DNA of 63,627 nucleotides, filler included, from Thraustochytrium aureum (Eukaryota): NCBI GenBank assembly GCA_012862495.1. It is 4 parts of one record of this genome, joined end to end, with 100 filler letters (N's around TTAATTAATTAA, not from the genome) between each part and the next. Parts side by side here need not be neighbours in the genome. Positions count along the whole stretch, not along the records: positions 1 to 15,153 come from BLSG01000009.1; 3 more parts are not named here. One strand, 5' to 3'. Shown piece by piece: positions 1 to 9,682 of this stretch (position 1 is its first letter; each line of letters starts with the position of its first letter). The notes under the pieces were generated by a model. It saw only the letters and a program-made list of their open reading frames with translations, ran no database searches and was not told where the DNA came from. The position numbers and the translations under genes were made by a program.

Positions 1-2691
1 CAGAGGCGGACGCCTTCAAGGGCCCTCGATCGTGCTTGCGCACGTGCCGCGCCTGACCGAGGCGCTGGCCGCCGAGGGCCTCTCCATCGCCGCCGCGCTC
101 GGCGCATCCGACGAGTTCCCCGCCGAGCGCGCGCGCATCGCCAGCGAGGCCGTTGAGGCCGGCGCCTGGCCCTGTACCGGTGGAACCCGGCCAAGGACGA
201 CCAAGAGTTTACGCTCGACTCGACCAAGCTCAAGGCGGAGATCCAGGAGTTTGTCAAGCGCGAGCAGAACCTGAGCCTGTTGGCCAGCGCCAAGCCCCAG
301 CTGCCCGCCGAGCTGGCCGACTCGTTCGAGAGCAAGGTGGCCGGCAAGGACGCCGAGCTGCGGCAGCGCGCCGAGCAGCGCCGGCTCAACGAGCAGTTTG
401 ACCAGCTCGTGGACGGCGTCGGCGGCGGCAGCGGGAACCGCGACCTGCGGCTGCTCGTCCTCTTCGGCAGCGACGGCGGCAACGCGAGCGGGGTCGCGGA
501 GAAGCTGGCCGTCAAGGTGGAGGGTTCTGGCTGCGGCGAGGTGCGCTGCATGGAGGCCAACGACTTTGACGTGGACACCATCTCGGAGGAGAAGAACGTC
601 GTCTTGGTCCTCGCCACCGCAGGCCAGGGCGAGCCGTGCGCCAACGCCAAGACCTTCACGGAGCGCCTGCTCAAGTACCCGAACAAGCTGCCCGGGGTCA
701 AGTTTGCCGTCTTCGGGCTCGGCGACAGCCACTACTGGGGTGAAGGCACGGCGGACTCGGCCCGGTACTTTTGCCTGAACGCGCGAGAGGTGGACGCGCG
801 GCTCGCCGAGCTCGGTGCGCAGCGCCTCGTGCCCTGCGCGTTGGGCGACGACCAGCACGACGACGGGTACGACGGGGCGCTCAACGAGTTTGAGCCGGCG
901 CTCTGGGAGGCGCTCGACGTCAAGATCAAGGGCGGCACTGGCGGCGGCGCGCCGGAGATCGTGGACGACGACATCAAGATCAAGTCGCAGTTTTTGCGCG
1001 GCATGATCGACGAGGGCCTCGCCGACCTGAGCACGGGCAAGCTCTTGCCCGAGGACACCAAGCTGACCAAGTTCCACGGCATCTACCAGCAGGACCTGCG
1101 GTCCGTGCGCGAGGAGCTCGACGCCAAGGGCCTGGAGCGCGCCTACTCGTTCATGATCCGCATCGGCGTCCCCGGCGGCGTGGCCTCCTCGGAGCAGTAC
1201 ATTGCCATGGACGAGCTCTGCACCAAGTATGCCAACGGGGCGCTCAAGCTCACCACGCGCCAGGCGTACCAGTTCCACGGCGTGCTCAAGCGCAACCTGA
1301 AGACCACGATGAAGGGCATCAACCGCGCGCTCATGGACACGCTTGCCGCGTGCGGCGACGTGAACCGCAACGTGATCGCAAACCCGCACCACCGCAAGTC
1401 GGCGCGCACGAGCAGGTCACCAAACTAGCGCGCGACCTCCAGGCCTACCCTGCGGCCCAAGACCTCGGCCTACGCCGAGATCTGGCTCGACAAAAAGCCC
1501 GTCGCGGGCTCGGTGGACCACGAGCCGATCTACGGCGTCACCTACCTCCCGCGCAAGTTCAAGATCGCCATCGCCGTCCCGCCCCTGAACGACGTCGACG
1601 TCTTTGCGCACTGCCTGGGCTACATTGCCATCATCAGCCCCAACGGGTCCCTGCTCGGCTTCAACGTGACCGTCGGCGGCGGGATGGGCACCACGCACGG
1701 CAACAAGAAGACCTACCCGCGTCTCAGCGACGTGCTCGGCTTTTGCACGCTCGACCAGGCCATCAAGGTCGCCGAGAGCGTCGTCATCGTGCAGCGCGAC
1801 CACGGCGACCGCGACAACCGCAAGCATGCCCGCCTCAAGTACACGGTCGAGGACATGGGCCTCGAGGTGTTCCGCGCCAAGGTCGAGGCGCTCTGCGGCT
1901 TCAAGCTCGGCGAGGAGCAGCCCTTCAAGTTTGACACCAACGCCGACCCGTACGGCTGGGCCGAGATGCCCGACGGGTCCTGGAACTACACCATGTTTGT
2001 GGAGCACGGCTACGTCAAGGACACGCCCACCTACAAGATCAAGACCGCGCTGCGCGAGATCGCCGAGGCGCACGTCGGCGGCGAGATGAGCCTCACTGCC
2101 ACGCAAAACATCATCATCGGCAAGATCAGCCCCGAGCGCAAGCCGCAGATCCTCGCTATCATGCAAAAGTACGGCATCGACAACGAAAAGTACAGCGCCA
2201 TGCGGCTCCACTCGATGGCCTGCGTCGCGCTGCCCACCTGCGCGCTCGCCATGGCCGAGTCGCAGACGTACCTGCCCTCGCTCATCACCAAGATCGAGGC
2301 GACGCTCGACGAGTGCGGCTTGCGCCACGACGCCGTCACTGTGCGCATGACGGGCTGCCCCAACGGCTGCGGCCGGCCGACGCTTGCGGAGATTGGCTTT
2401 ATCGGCAAGGCCCCTGGCCAGTACAACCTGTACCTTGGCGGCGGCTTCTCGGGCAACCGCATCTCCAAGATGTACCGCGAGGGCGTCAACGAGGAGGAGA
2501 TTCTCGCGATCCTCGGGCCCATGCTGCGCGACTGGGCGAACCGCCGCCAGCCCGGCGAGCATTTTGGCGACTTTTGCATCCGCACGGGCATTATTGAGCC
2601 CACCATGCAGGGCCGCTTCTTCTGGTCGCACGGCGAGGAGAACAAGCTCGAGACTGCCACGGGCAGCACCAGCACGCAGATCTACTGGTAG
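1..2691 (+). CDS. MET5: Sulfite reductase hemoprotein, Met5-like fusion (PFOR-like C-terminal segment + flavodoxin + siroheme/4Fe-4S domains); 5' truncated by window edge; apparent frameshifts near 172 and 1400-1450
   Basis: Flavodoxin motifs LFGSDGGNA, ATAGQGE, FAVFGLGDSHY; SiR motifs TKFHGIYQQD, KLTTRQAYQFHG, ACGDVNRNV, YLPRKFKIAIA, MACVALPTCALAMAES, RMTGCPNGCGRP. Upstream GAWP[L]YRWNP joins the 280..1428 frame if one base is restored in the C-run at ~170-172. ORFs 280..1428 and 1513..2691 are consecutive parts of one protein. Confidence 0.92.
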
Positions 2692-2776
2692 CCGTCTCCC
2701 GTCCCTGCGCGATGCGGCCCCTGGGCGTTGCCGCCATTTTATGTTCTTCTGACCTAAACTCGACCAAAACCCCCAC

Positions 2777-3535
2777 CGTCCTTGGCAATCGAATCGGTGT
2801 TCTCGCCGCGCGCGCTCTGCGACGAGCAGAGCTAGCTCTAGCTAGAGAGCGAATCAAAGTCCTTCGATCAGTCTTTGCCGAGCGCCGAGCAGCTCTAGCG
2901 AATCGACGTCATCTTTGCTGAGCGACGAGCNNNNNNNNNNNNNNNNNNNNNNNNNNNNNNNNNNNNNNNNNNNNNNNNNNNNNNNNNNNNNNNNNNNNNN
3001 NNNNNNNNNNNNNNNNNNNNNNNNNNNNNNNNNNNNNNNNNNNNNNNNNNNNNNNNNNNNNNNNNNNNNNNNNNNNNNNNNNNNNNNNNNNNNNNNNNNN
3101 NNNNNNNNNNNNNNNNNNNNNNNNNNNNNNNNNNNNNNNNNNNNNNNNNNNNNNNNNNNNNNNNNNNNNNNNNNNNNNNNNNNNNNNNNNNNNNNNNNNN
3201 NNNNNNNNNNNNNNNNNNNNNNNNNNNNNNNNNNNNNNNNNNNNNNNNNNNNNNNNNNNNNNNNNNNNNNNNNNNNNNNNNNNNNNNNNNNNNNNNNNNN
3301 NNNNNNNNNNNNNNNNNNNNNNNNNNNNNNNNNNNNNNNNNNNNNNNNNNNNNAGCGAATCGAAGTCATCTTTGCTGAGCGCTGAGCGCTGAGCAGCTAG
3401 CTGGCGAATCGAAGTCATCTTTGCCGAGCGACTCGGCGGACGCGAAAGTGCAAAGACCCGTCCTTGGCAATCGAATCAGAGTTCTCGCCGCCCACGTCCT
3501 GCGCCGCGCACTCTGCGACGAGCAGCTCTAGAGCA
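2777..3535. repeat. Complex tandem repeat (unit GCGAATCGAAGTCATCTTTGCTGAGCG...GAGCAGCT) spanning an N gap, bracketed by ~60-75 bp imperfect direct repeats
   Basis: CGTCCTTGGCAATCGAATC(G/A)G(T/A)GTTCTCGCCGC...CTCTGCGACGAGCAG occurs at ~2777 and ~3459. GCGAATCGA(A/C)GTCATCTTTGC(T/C)GAGCG occurs at ~2898, ~3355 and ~3404. Confidence 0.8.
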
Positions 3536-4112
3536 AGCCCGTCCAAGCCGGTCCAAACCCGTCCAAGCCGGTCCACGCCCGTCCATCATACATACCGGTA
3601 AGTACTCACCTCCGAGCCCGTACGCCAAACCCAAAAACGCGCTCTGCACACCGTTGTGCTCCTTTGTTCTCTACTTCGTACCGCTCGCGTGCCCCTCACA
3701 CCACAACCCGAGCCAGCACGCCAGTGGGTGCAGAGGCCGCGTGGGGGAATCGACTTGTCCCTTTGACTGCTCCTACCTCCAGGAGGTACTCCTCCTCCTC
3801 AACTCTTCCGCCGGGCCAACAGGGCCAACATCATCGGCCTTTTCAAAAGCTGGTTTGGTCTTTTGATTTCGAGTGATTGCCCAGTTCGTTCTCCAAGTTG
3901 GTTATTTTGGTGGTTATTTTTTGTGGTTATTTTGGTGGTTATTTTGGTGTTCTTCAACTTGATCGAAGTTGGTTTGTTTTTTTTTGTTTTTTTTTGTTTT
4001 TTTTTTTGTTGCGAGTGTGGTCATACCTGCTCTACTCTGCGGCCACACACGCGTTGAAGGCCAGCCCAAGAAGCCGCAATTCGTTGTTGCACATCGGCGT
4101 CAGGCAGCAGCA

Positions 4113-4143
<31 letters not shown>

Positions 4144-4396
4144 GAGCTGGTGGCAGATCGGTGCTTCGGCTTGACTCGCCACGCACGCGCTGCGTGTTGT
4201 TGCTGTTGTTGCTGTTGTTGTTGGCGGCGGCGGCGGCGGTGGTGTTTGGTTGATTGAACGAGCGAGGTGCGCGCCTGCCGCGGGAGCGGACGAGAGCGAG
4301 GCTGTGAGCGCTGGACGCTGGGGGAAACGCGGGCGGGACGAGCCGCGAAGGCAGCGGGACGAGCCGCGCGAGGCCCAGTGGTTGGGCCGCGGCGGG

Positions 4397-5830
4397 ATGG
4401 ACTACCGCGGCGACGACGACGGGTTTGAAGCCCACCTTGCTGCGCTTGGGTTTGGAAACAGGGCCAGCACAGGGTCGAACGCCAACCGGAGCTCGCTGAG
4501 GATGAGCGCTGGGAGATCAAGCTCTGGCAGGGTGAGCACGTCCTCCCGCGTGCGCTCCGATAGCGACATCGCCCGTGAGCTGCAAGAGAAACTCGGGCAG
4601 CCCGGCGGCGACGTTCGACCGGAGGACGAGGAGCTCGCGCGAGACCTGCACAACCAACTGAACGAGCCCAACCTGCCCGGCGTCGCGCGCATCAGCACCC
4701 CCGCGAACGAGGCCGAGGACGCCAGCCTGGCACAGGCCATTATCGCCGCCGAGCGGGCTGCAATCTTGGATCACCAAGCCCACGTGGTTGCCGTCCTGGA
4801 GAACGACAACGGCGACTACCACAGGCCCAAAAACTACTACCCGTACTTTTGCTACGGCGTGCTCATCTTCACGAGCCTCATGATGCTGGTGGAGATTTGG
4901 GTCAACGACTGGGAGTTTGAGAGCCTCTCGGTCAACCCGACGATCGGCCCAAGCGTGGAGACGCTCGAGAAGCTGGGCGCAAAGTCCACCGAGCTGATTC
5001 TGCAAGGCGACTTTTACCGCCTCTTCACACCAATGGTGCTTCACGCGGGCCTCGTGCACTTGCTCTTCAACATGATCGGGCTCCTCAACGTGGGTTTCCC
5101 AGCAGAGCGCGAGTTTGGCCACTGGAAGATCGCTGTAATATACATATCCTCGGGCGTGTTTGGGGTCCTGCTCAGCGCTATTTTCGTTCCGCAGCAAATC
5201 GGCGTCGGCGCGAGCGGGGCTATTTTCGGCCTCTTCGGCTCGGCCTGGAGCGACCTGATTCACAACTGGTCGCTTTACCGCGAGCAGGCGCACTGCGTTC
5301 TGGTGCAGCTCCTCGTCGCAACGGTCATCAACTTGATGCTCGGCCTGCTTCCGTTTCTGGACAACTTTGCGCACGTGGGCGGGTTTTTGTGCGGGCTGAC
5401 GCTCGGCTTCACCCTGCTCGTGCAAAACACCTACGACGTCTGGGGCTTTCGCAAGGCGCGGAAAACGTACCAGCTTGTGATCCAGGCTGCGTCCATCACG
5501 GCCATCCCCATCTTCTTCGTGGTCCTCATGCTCGTGCTCTACCTGCAGGTCGACGTTGCCAAGTCGTGCACATGGTGTTCCTACGTGAGCTGCGTGCCGC
5601 TCCCGCCCGGGGTCCCGGACGAGGAGAAGTGGTGGGACTGCAGCCCGTGCTCTATGTCTGACATCAGCGTCTTTAACGCTTCAACGGAGGAGGGCTCGTA
5701 CTCGGTGAGCTGCCCCAACGGCGAGACTGTCTTTGTTCCCTTTGGCGCCGACCCAGACCTCACGATCCCGGCCCTCATCGAGAACGAGCGCCTTGTGATC
5801 AACGTGTGCAAGCGATTCTGCGATCTCTGA
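4397..5830 (+). CDS. Rhomboid intramembrane serine protease with cytosolic N-terminal extension
   Basis: NPTIGPS..TLEKLGA, FYRLFTPMVLHAGLVHLLFNM, catalytic GVGASGAIFGL and DNFAHVGG, multiple TM helices, Cys-rich C-terminus (CTWCSYVSCVP). First ATG is at 4397; the ORF track starts at TTG 4250. Confidence 0.92.
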   Translation: MDYRGDDDGFEAHLAALGFGNRASTGSNANRSSLRMSAGRSSSGRVSTSSRVRSDSDIARELQEKLGQPGGDVRPEDEELARDLHNQLNEPNLPGVARISTPANEAEDASLAQAIIAAERAAILDHQAHVVAVLENDNGDYHRPKNYYPYFCYGVLIFTSLMMLVEIWVNDWEFESLSVNPTIGPSVETLEKLGAKSTELILQGDFYRLFTPMVLHAGLVHLLFNMIGLLNVGFPAEREFGHWKIAVIYISSGVFGVLLSAIFVPQQIGVGASGAIFGLFGSAWSDLIHNWSLYREQAHCVLVQLLVATVINLMLGLLPFLDNFAHVGGFLCGLTLGFTLLVQNTYDVWGFRKARKTYQLVIQAASITAIPIFFVVLMLVLYLQVDVAKSCTWCSYVSCVPLPPGVPDEEKWWDCSPCSMSDISVFNASTEEGSYSVSCPNGETVFVPFGADPDLTIPALIENERLVINVCKRFCDL

Positions 5831-6556
5831 GGCGCGGCCGCCCTCCCCCATCCTTTTTTGTCTGCATTTTTTCAACCCGCCGCTTTCATTTGTTTCATGT
5901 CCTGACTCCTGANNNNNNNNNNNNNNNNNNNNNNNNNNNNNNNNNNNNNNNNNNNNNNNNNNNNNNNNNNNNNNNNNNNNNNNNNNNNNNNNNNNNNNNN
6001 NNNNNNNNNNNNNNNNNNNNNNNNNNNNNNNNNNNNNNNNNNNNNNNNNNNNNNNNNNNNNNNNNNNNNNNNNNNNNNNNNNNNNNNNNNNNNNNNNNNN
6101 NNNNNNNNNNNNNNNNNNNNNNNNNNNNNNNNNNNNNNNNNNNNNNNNNNNNNNNNNNNNNNNNNNNNNNNNNNNNNNNNNNNNNNNNNNNNNNNNNNNN
6201 NNNNNNNNNNNNNNNNNNNNNNNNNNNNNNNNNNNNNNNNNNNNNNNNNNNNNNNNNNNNNNNNNNNNNNNNNNNNNNNNNNNNNNNNNNNNNNNNNNNN
6301 NNNNNNNNNNNNNNNNNNNNNNNNNNNNNNNNNNNNNNNNNNNNNNNNNNNNNNNNNNNNNNNNNNNNNNNNNNNNNNNNNNNNNNNNNNNNNNNNNNNN
6401 NNNNNNNNNNNNNNNNNNNNNNNNNNNNNNNNNNNNNNNNNNNNNNNNNNNNNNNNNNNNNNNNNNNNNNNNNNNNNNNNNNNNNNNNNNNNNNNNNNNN
6501 NNNNNNNNNNNNNNNNNNNNNNNNNNNNNNNNNNNNNNNNNNNNNNNNNNNNNNNN

Positions 6557-7732
6557 AGGCCGGAGAGCCGGCTCTGGTACATGGCCTCTGCGTCCTGCAT
6601 GTAGGTGGGCAAGAGCCCCGCGAAGAGCTCGGACCCGGCGCCGCCCCCGGCGCCGCCGGAGATCGAGGCGGCTTCCGTGAGCGCTGCCGCCGGCGCGATG
6701 GGTTTGGCCAGCGCCGTGCCGGTCGGCTCGAGCAGGTCGGCCTTGTTGGGGATGAGGTCCATGTAGATCTTGTTGTTGTTCTCCACGACCACGTCCATGG
6801 TCTTGTGGATCACGGCGCGCAGGTCCGTGACTGTGTTCAGCATCGAGCTGGGCAGCTGGTTGACGCGCGCGCAGTGGATGGCGGCCTCGCAATGCTCGCT
6901 GGCAAGCGCGAGGCGCGCAATCTCCTCGCCGTAGCCCCCTGGTCGTCTGCTCGGCCTGCTCGTGCACCACCTTGCTGTACTGCAGCTGCGAGGTGGCCTG
7001 AAAGCAGCGGAACTGGAACTCGAGGTTGGCCGCCCACGCCCCGTCCAGTGTGGGCACAAGCGCCGGGCTCCGCGAGCATTCGAACGCGCGTTCGTAGAAC
7101 CGGCAGGCCTTGGCCGAGAGCTTGGACAAGATCCCGGCCTTGTGCTGGTCGCGGATCGCCTTTTCGTAAAAGCAGGCCTGCGCCTGCGCCAGCATCAGGT
7201 TGTACAGCATTTCAAGCCCCTCTGGGGAGAGGTCCGAGGTCGTGGGCCCGCCCAGCTCGCCCCCGACGACGTTGTCGCGGAGGTGGGCAAAGATGCCGGC
7301 GGCGCGCTGGAAGAACTGGCACGCTTTCTTCAGGCCCGTCACATCGGACCGGTCCTGCACCATGCCCTGGTGGCTCAGGACGGCGGCCAGGTTGAACAGC
7401 ACGCAGGCGCGCTCGTACGAGACCTTGCTCATCGACAGCTTTTTTGACGGCTTGAGGGCGTCAAACCACGTGAACGTGAGCTTGAGCCCGCCCTCGCCGA
7501 GCGGAAACCTGGGCTCGACCTCGCCCAGCATCGTAAGGTAGCTCTCGAGGGCGTCCACGCTCGCCGCGTTGGCCCCGGACGCGTTCACAACCCGCTCCCG
7601 CGTCGTGCTCAGCCTCTGCACCGACGGCCCATACTGATCCAGCTGCTCCGCCGAGTAATTATTGGACAAGTACGTCCTGAGCGGCCCAGACCAGTCCACC
7701 CCCTTGGCCTCCTTCACCGGCACCGCGAGCAT
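6557..7732 (-). CDS. BRO1-domain protein (ALIX/Bro1/PalA family, ESCRT-associated); frameshift near 6935; 3' end lost in N gap
   Basis: MLAVPVKEAKGVDWSGPLRTYL, FTWFDAL, YERACVLFNLAAV, GLKKACQFFQRAAGIF, LMLAQAQACFYEKA, then in the next frame YGEEIARL and ENNNKIYMDLIP; all are typical BRO1 motifs. Confidence 0.9.
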
Positions 7733-8004
7733 CCCGCCGCCCAAACGCCGCGCGCGCACAACCCCCGCTCCGCAGCGCGCACCGAAGCAAAAAAAGACCC
7801 CAACGCAAGTCCAGGCGCAGGCCCAGGCGCACGCCGCGCGAGCCGCAGCAACCGAACAGGCCTGCAAACGCCAGCCAGCCAGCCCTGTCCCAGTCGCCAG
7901 CGCCTGCCCTTCGCGCTCTGCCGGCCCTCGCGCTCGCAAGTTGCCCCTCGCCTGCCTGCCTGCGCTGGCTCACGCCTCCCACCTCAACTGCACAGACCAC
8001 CTTA

Positions 8005-8348
8005 CTCTGTCATACGCTGACTCGCTCGCAGAAGATACTCCGAGGCCGGAGTCGAGGATACTCCGTCTCAGGGAAGGATACTCCGAAACAAGTGGAGGAT
8101 ACTCCGATTCCAGGGCAGGATACTCCGAACCAAGGGGAGGATACTCCGAACCAAGGGGAGGATACTCCGAACCAAGGGAGGATACTCCGAACCAAGGGGA
8201 GGATACTCCGTCTCACGACAAATATACTCCGAACCAAGTGGAGGATACTCCGATTGAGGAAGTTGGAAATAGTTTGTCTCTTGAGTAGTATACTCCGAAT
8301 GGGGTATAAATACTCCGAGGAGTAATTTCTGCTCCACGTTTGACTGAG
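8005..8348. mobile_element. MITE-like element: imperfect terminal inverted repeats enclosing a ~21-bp-period array of (GG)ATACTCCG boxes
   Basis: (G/T/A)ATACTCCG at 8034, 8057, 8077, 8098, 8119, 8140, 8161, 8181, 8202, 8223, 8244, 8289, 8309. Left end CTCTGTCATACG (8005-8016) and GCAGAAGATACTCC (8028-8041) match the reverse complements of CGTTTGACTGAG (8337-8348; 10/12) and GGAGTAATTTCTGC (8319-8332; 12/14). The repeat is certain; the mobile-element call is inference. Confidence 0.55.
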
Positions 8349-9022
8349 AGGATGGGAGATGCCAAAGATACTCGGCATGTCCGCGCGTGGCTCACCGCAC
8401 CCTTCCGAACGCCCTCTGCGTCAGCTGCCCTCAAAGGCCACACGAATCGCCGGCCGCACCAGACCGTTTGACGGCGCAACCCGCCGTTACGGTGGACTCT
8501 GGACCACTGGCAAGGACTCCGGACTCATCAGGACTGCCAACAGTGCCAAGTGCTCCTGGCGCGAATGGCAAGTGGGCGCAGGTGGGCGGGCGGCCCGCCC
8601 TCTTGTAGAGCTGGAGCTGCTGAGAGAGGGGGCTCGTTTGCCTGATCAACAGAGCCTGAGAGAGTACTTACCTATACTTTTCTTTCCGAGTCTTTCGCTT
8701 TTCGAAGGAGTGTGGCATTGAGCACGTTTGCAACTCTCACGTTGGGGCAAAATCATCTCTATCGCCATGCACTATCAAAACCGCACGCCCTGACTCAGTT
8801 CCCCAGTGAGTAGTATGTTGTCGCTTTAGCTAAAACCAAAATTCAATCTTGATCTTGATCTTGATTTCTCTCAATCAAACAAACAAAATTCAAACAACAT
8901 TTTTGCCGCCTGTGAAGATGCGACGGATGCCATTGACAACACATTTTGGATAGGCCTACATTGGCACTTTTCCGTGGCATCAATCGTTGGCCGTCAACTC
9001 AGCAGTCCCCAAACGCAGGATC

Positions 9023-9682
9023 ATGATGCGGCGCTATCTGTTTGTGGTGCTCGCCCTTGTGGCGGTCGCGATTGGAGAGGAGGACGGATGGGTATCTGGG
9101 TGGGAGGCTGTTGCCAGTGGATCTGTGCAGGGCGACAACACGATTACCTTCATGCAGCAGGTCGGGGTTCGCACGACAACTAGCACGGAAGTGTCGCAGG
9201 AGACGATCGACACGACCCGGCATGAGGTGGAGGTGAAGACGTACGCGAAGGCCTCTGGGGGGTTGAGAATTTTCGGCATTGGGGCGGAGTGGGAAGCGGG
9301 GGTGGAGGCGCGGTACGGTTTCACCGACGAGACTGTCAAACGCAACTTCGAGCTGTCGAGAAACTCGATCGAGCAGTGGAGGGAGGTCACCTTTTCTCAG
9401 ACCTGTGACGCGAGCGGTAACCAGGCCGTTGTGTACCAGTACATCCTGCGTAAGTGGGATACGGCGGTGTACACCAACCATCTGTGGTGCACGATCGACA
9501 GCATTAGGGTGCCGCGCTGCGTTCCGGGTTTGTGCAAGTCCGACGACTGTTACTACTGCGAGCGTGGAATGCTCTACGAACCTGACATCAAGTCACACTT
9601 GAAAACCTCAAGTCCCCTTAGCGGATGGGAGTTGGACGCCTACTACGCCGGACATATCTCTTCCATGGACCGTGCTCGTTAG
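9023..9682 (+). CDS. Secreted protein, candidate aerolysin/ETX-MTX2-like beta-pore-forming protein with Cys-rich tail
   Basis: Intact 219-aa ORF from ATG 9023. Signal peptide MMRRYLFVVLALVAVAIG, Thr/Ser-rich strands, alternating hairpin EVKTYAKASGGLRIFGIGAEWEAGVEARYGFT, C-terminal WC...PRCVPGLCKSDDCYYC. AT-rich upstream region 8820-8950. The CDS is well supported; the function is inference. Confidence 0.7.
   Translation: MMRRYLFVVLALVAVAIGEEDGWVSGWEAVASGSVQGDNTITFMQQVGVRTTTSTEVSQETIDTTRHEVEVKTYAKASGGLRIFGIGAEWEAGVEARYGFTDETVKRNFELSRNSIEQWREVTFSQTCDASGNQAVVYQYILRKWDTAVYTNHLWCTIDSIRVPRCVPGLCKSDDCYYCERGMLYEPDIKSHLKTSSPLSGWELDAYYAGHISSMDRAR

Noticed and set aside
16..2675. Long antisense and alternative-frame ORFs over real genes (e.g. 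16..1392, 1417..2631, 4517..5425, 39339..40850, 51988..53193)
   Set aside because: They are shadow ORFs expected from high GC3 codon bias and have no family motifs.
8034..8317. CRISPR array
   Set aside because: The conserved core is only 8-10 bp, the spacers are ~11 bp and mostly related to each other, there are no cas genes, and the context is eukaryotic.
7662..8378. ORFs through the ATACTCCG array (GYSEPRG / EDTPNQG / RSILPLV repeats)
   Set aside because: These are by-products of a 21-bp repeat that is open in several frames on both strands, with period-breaking indels and no coding signal.
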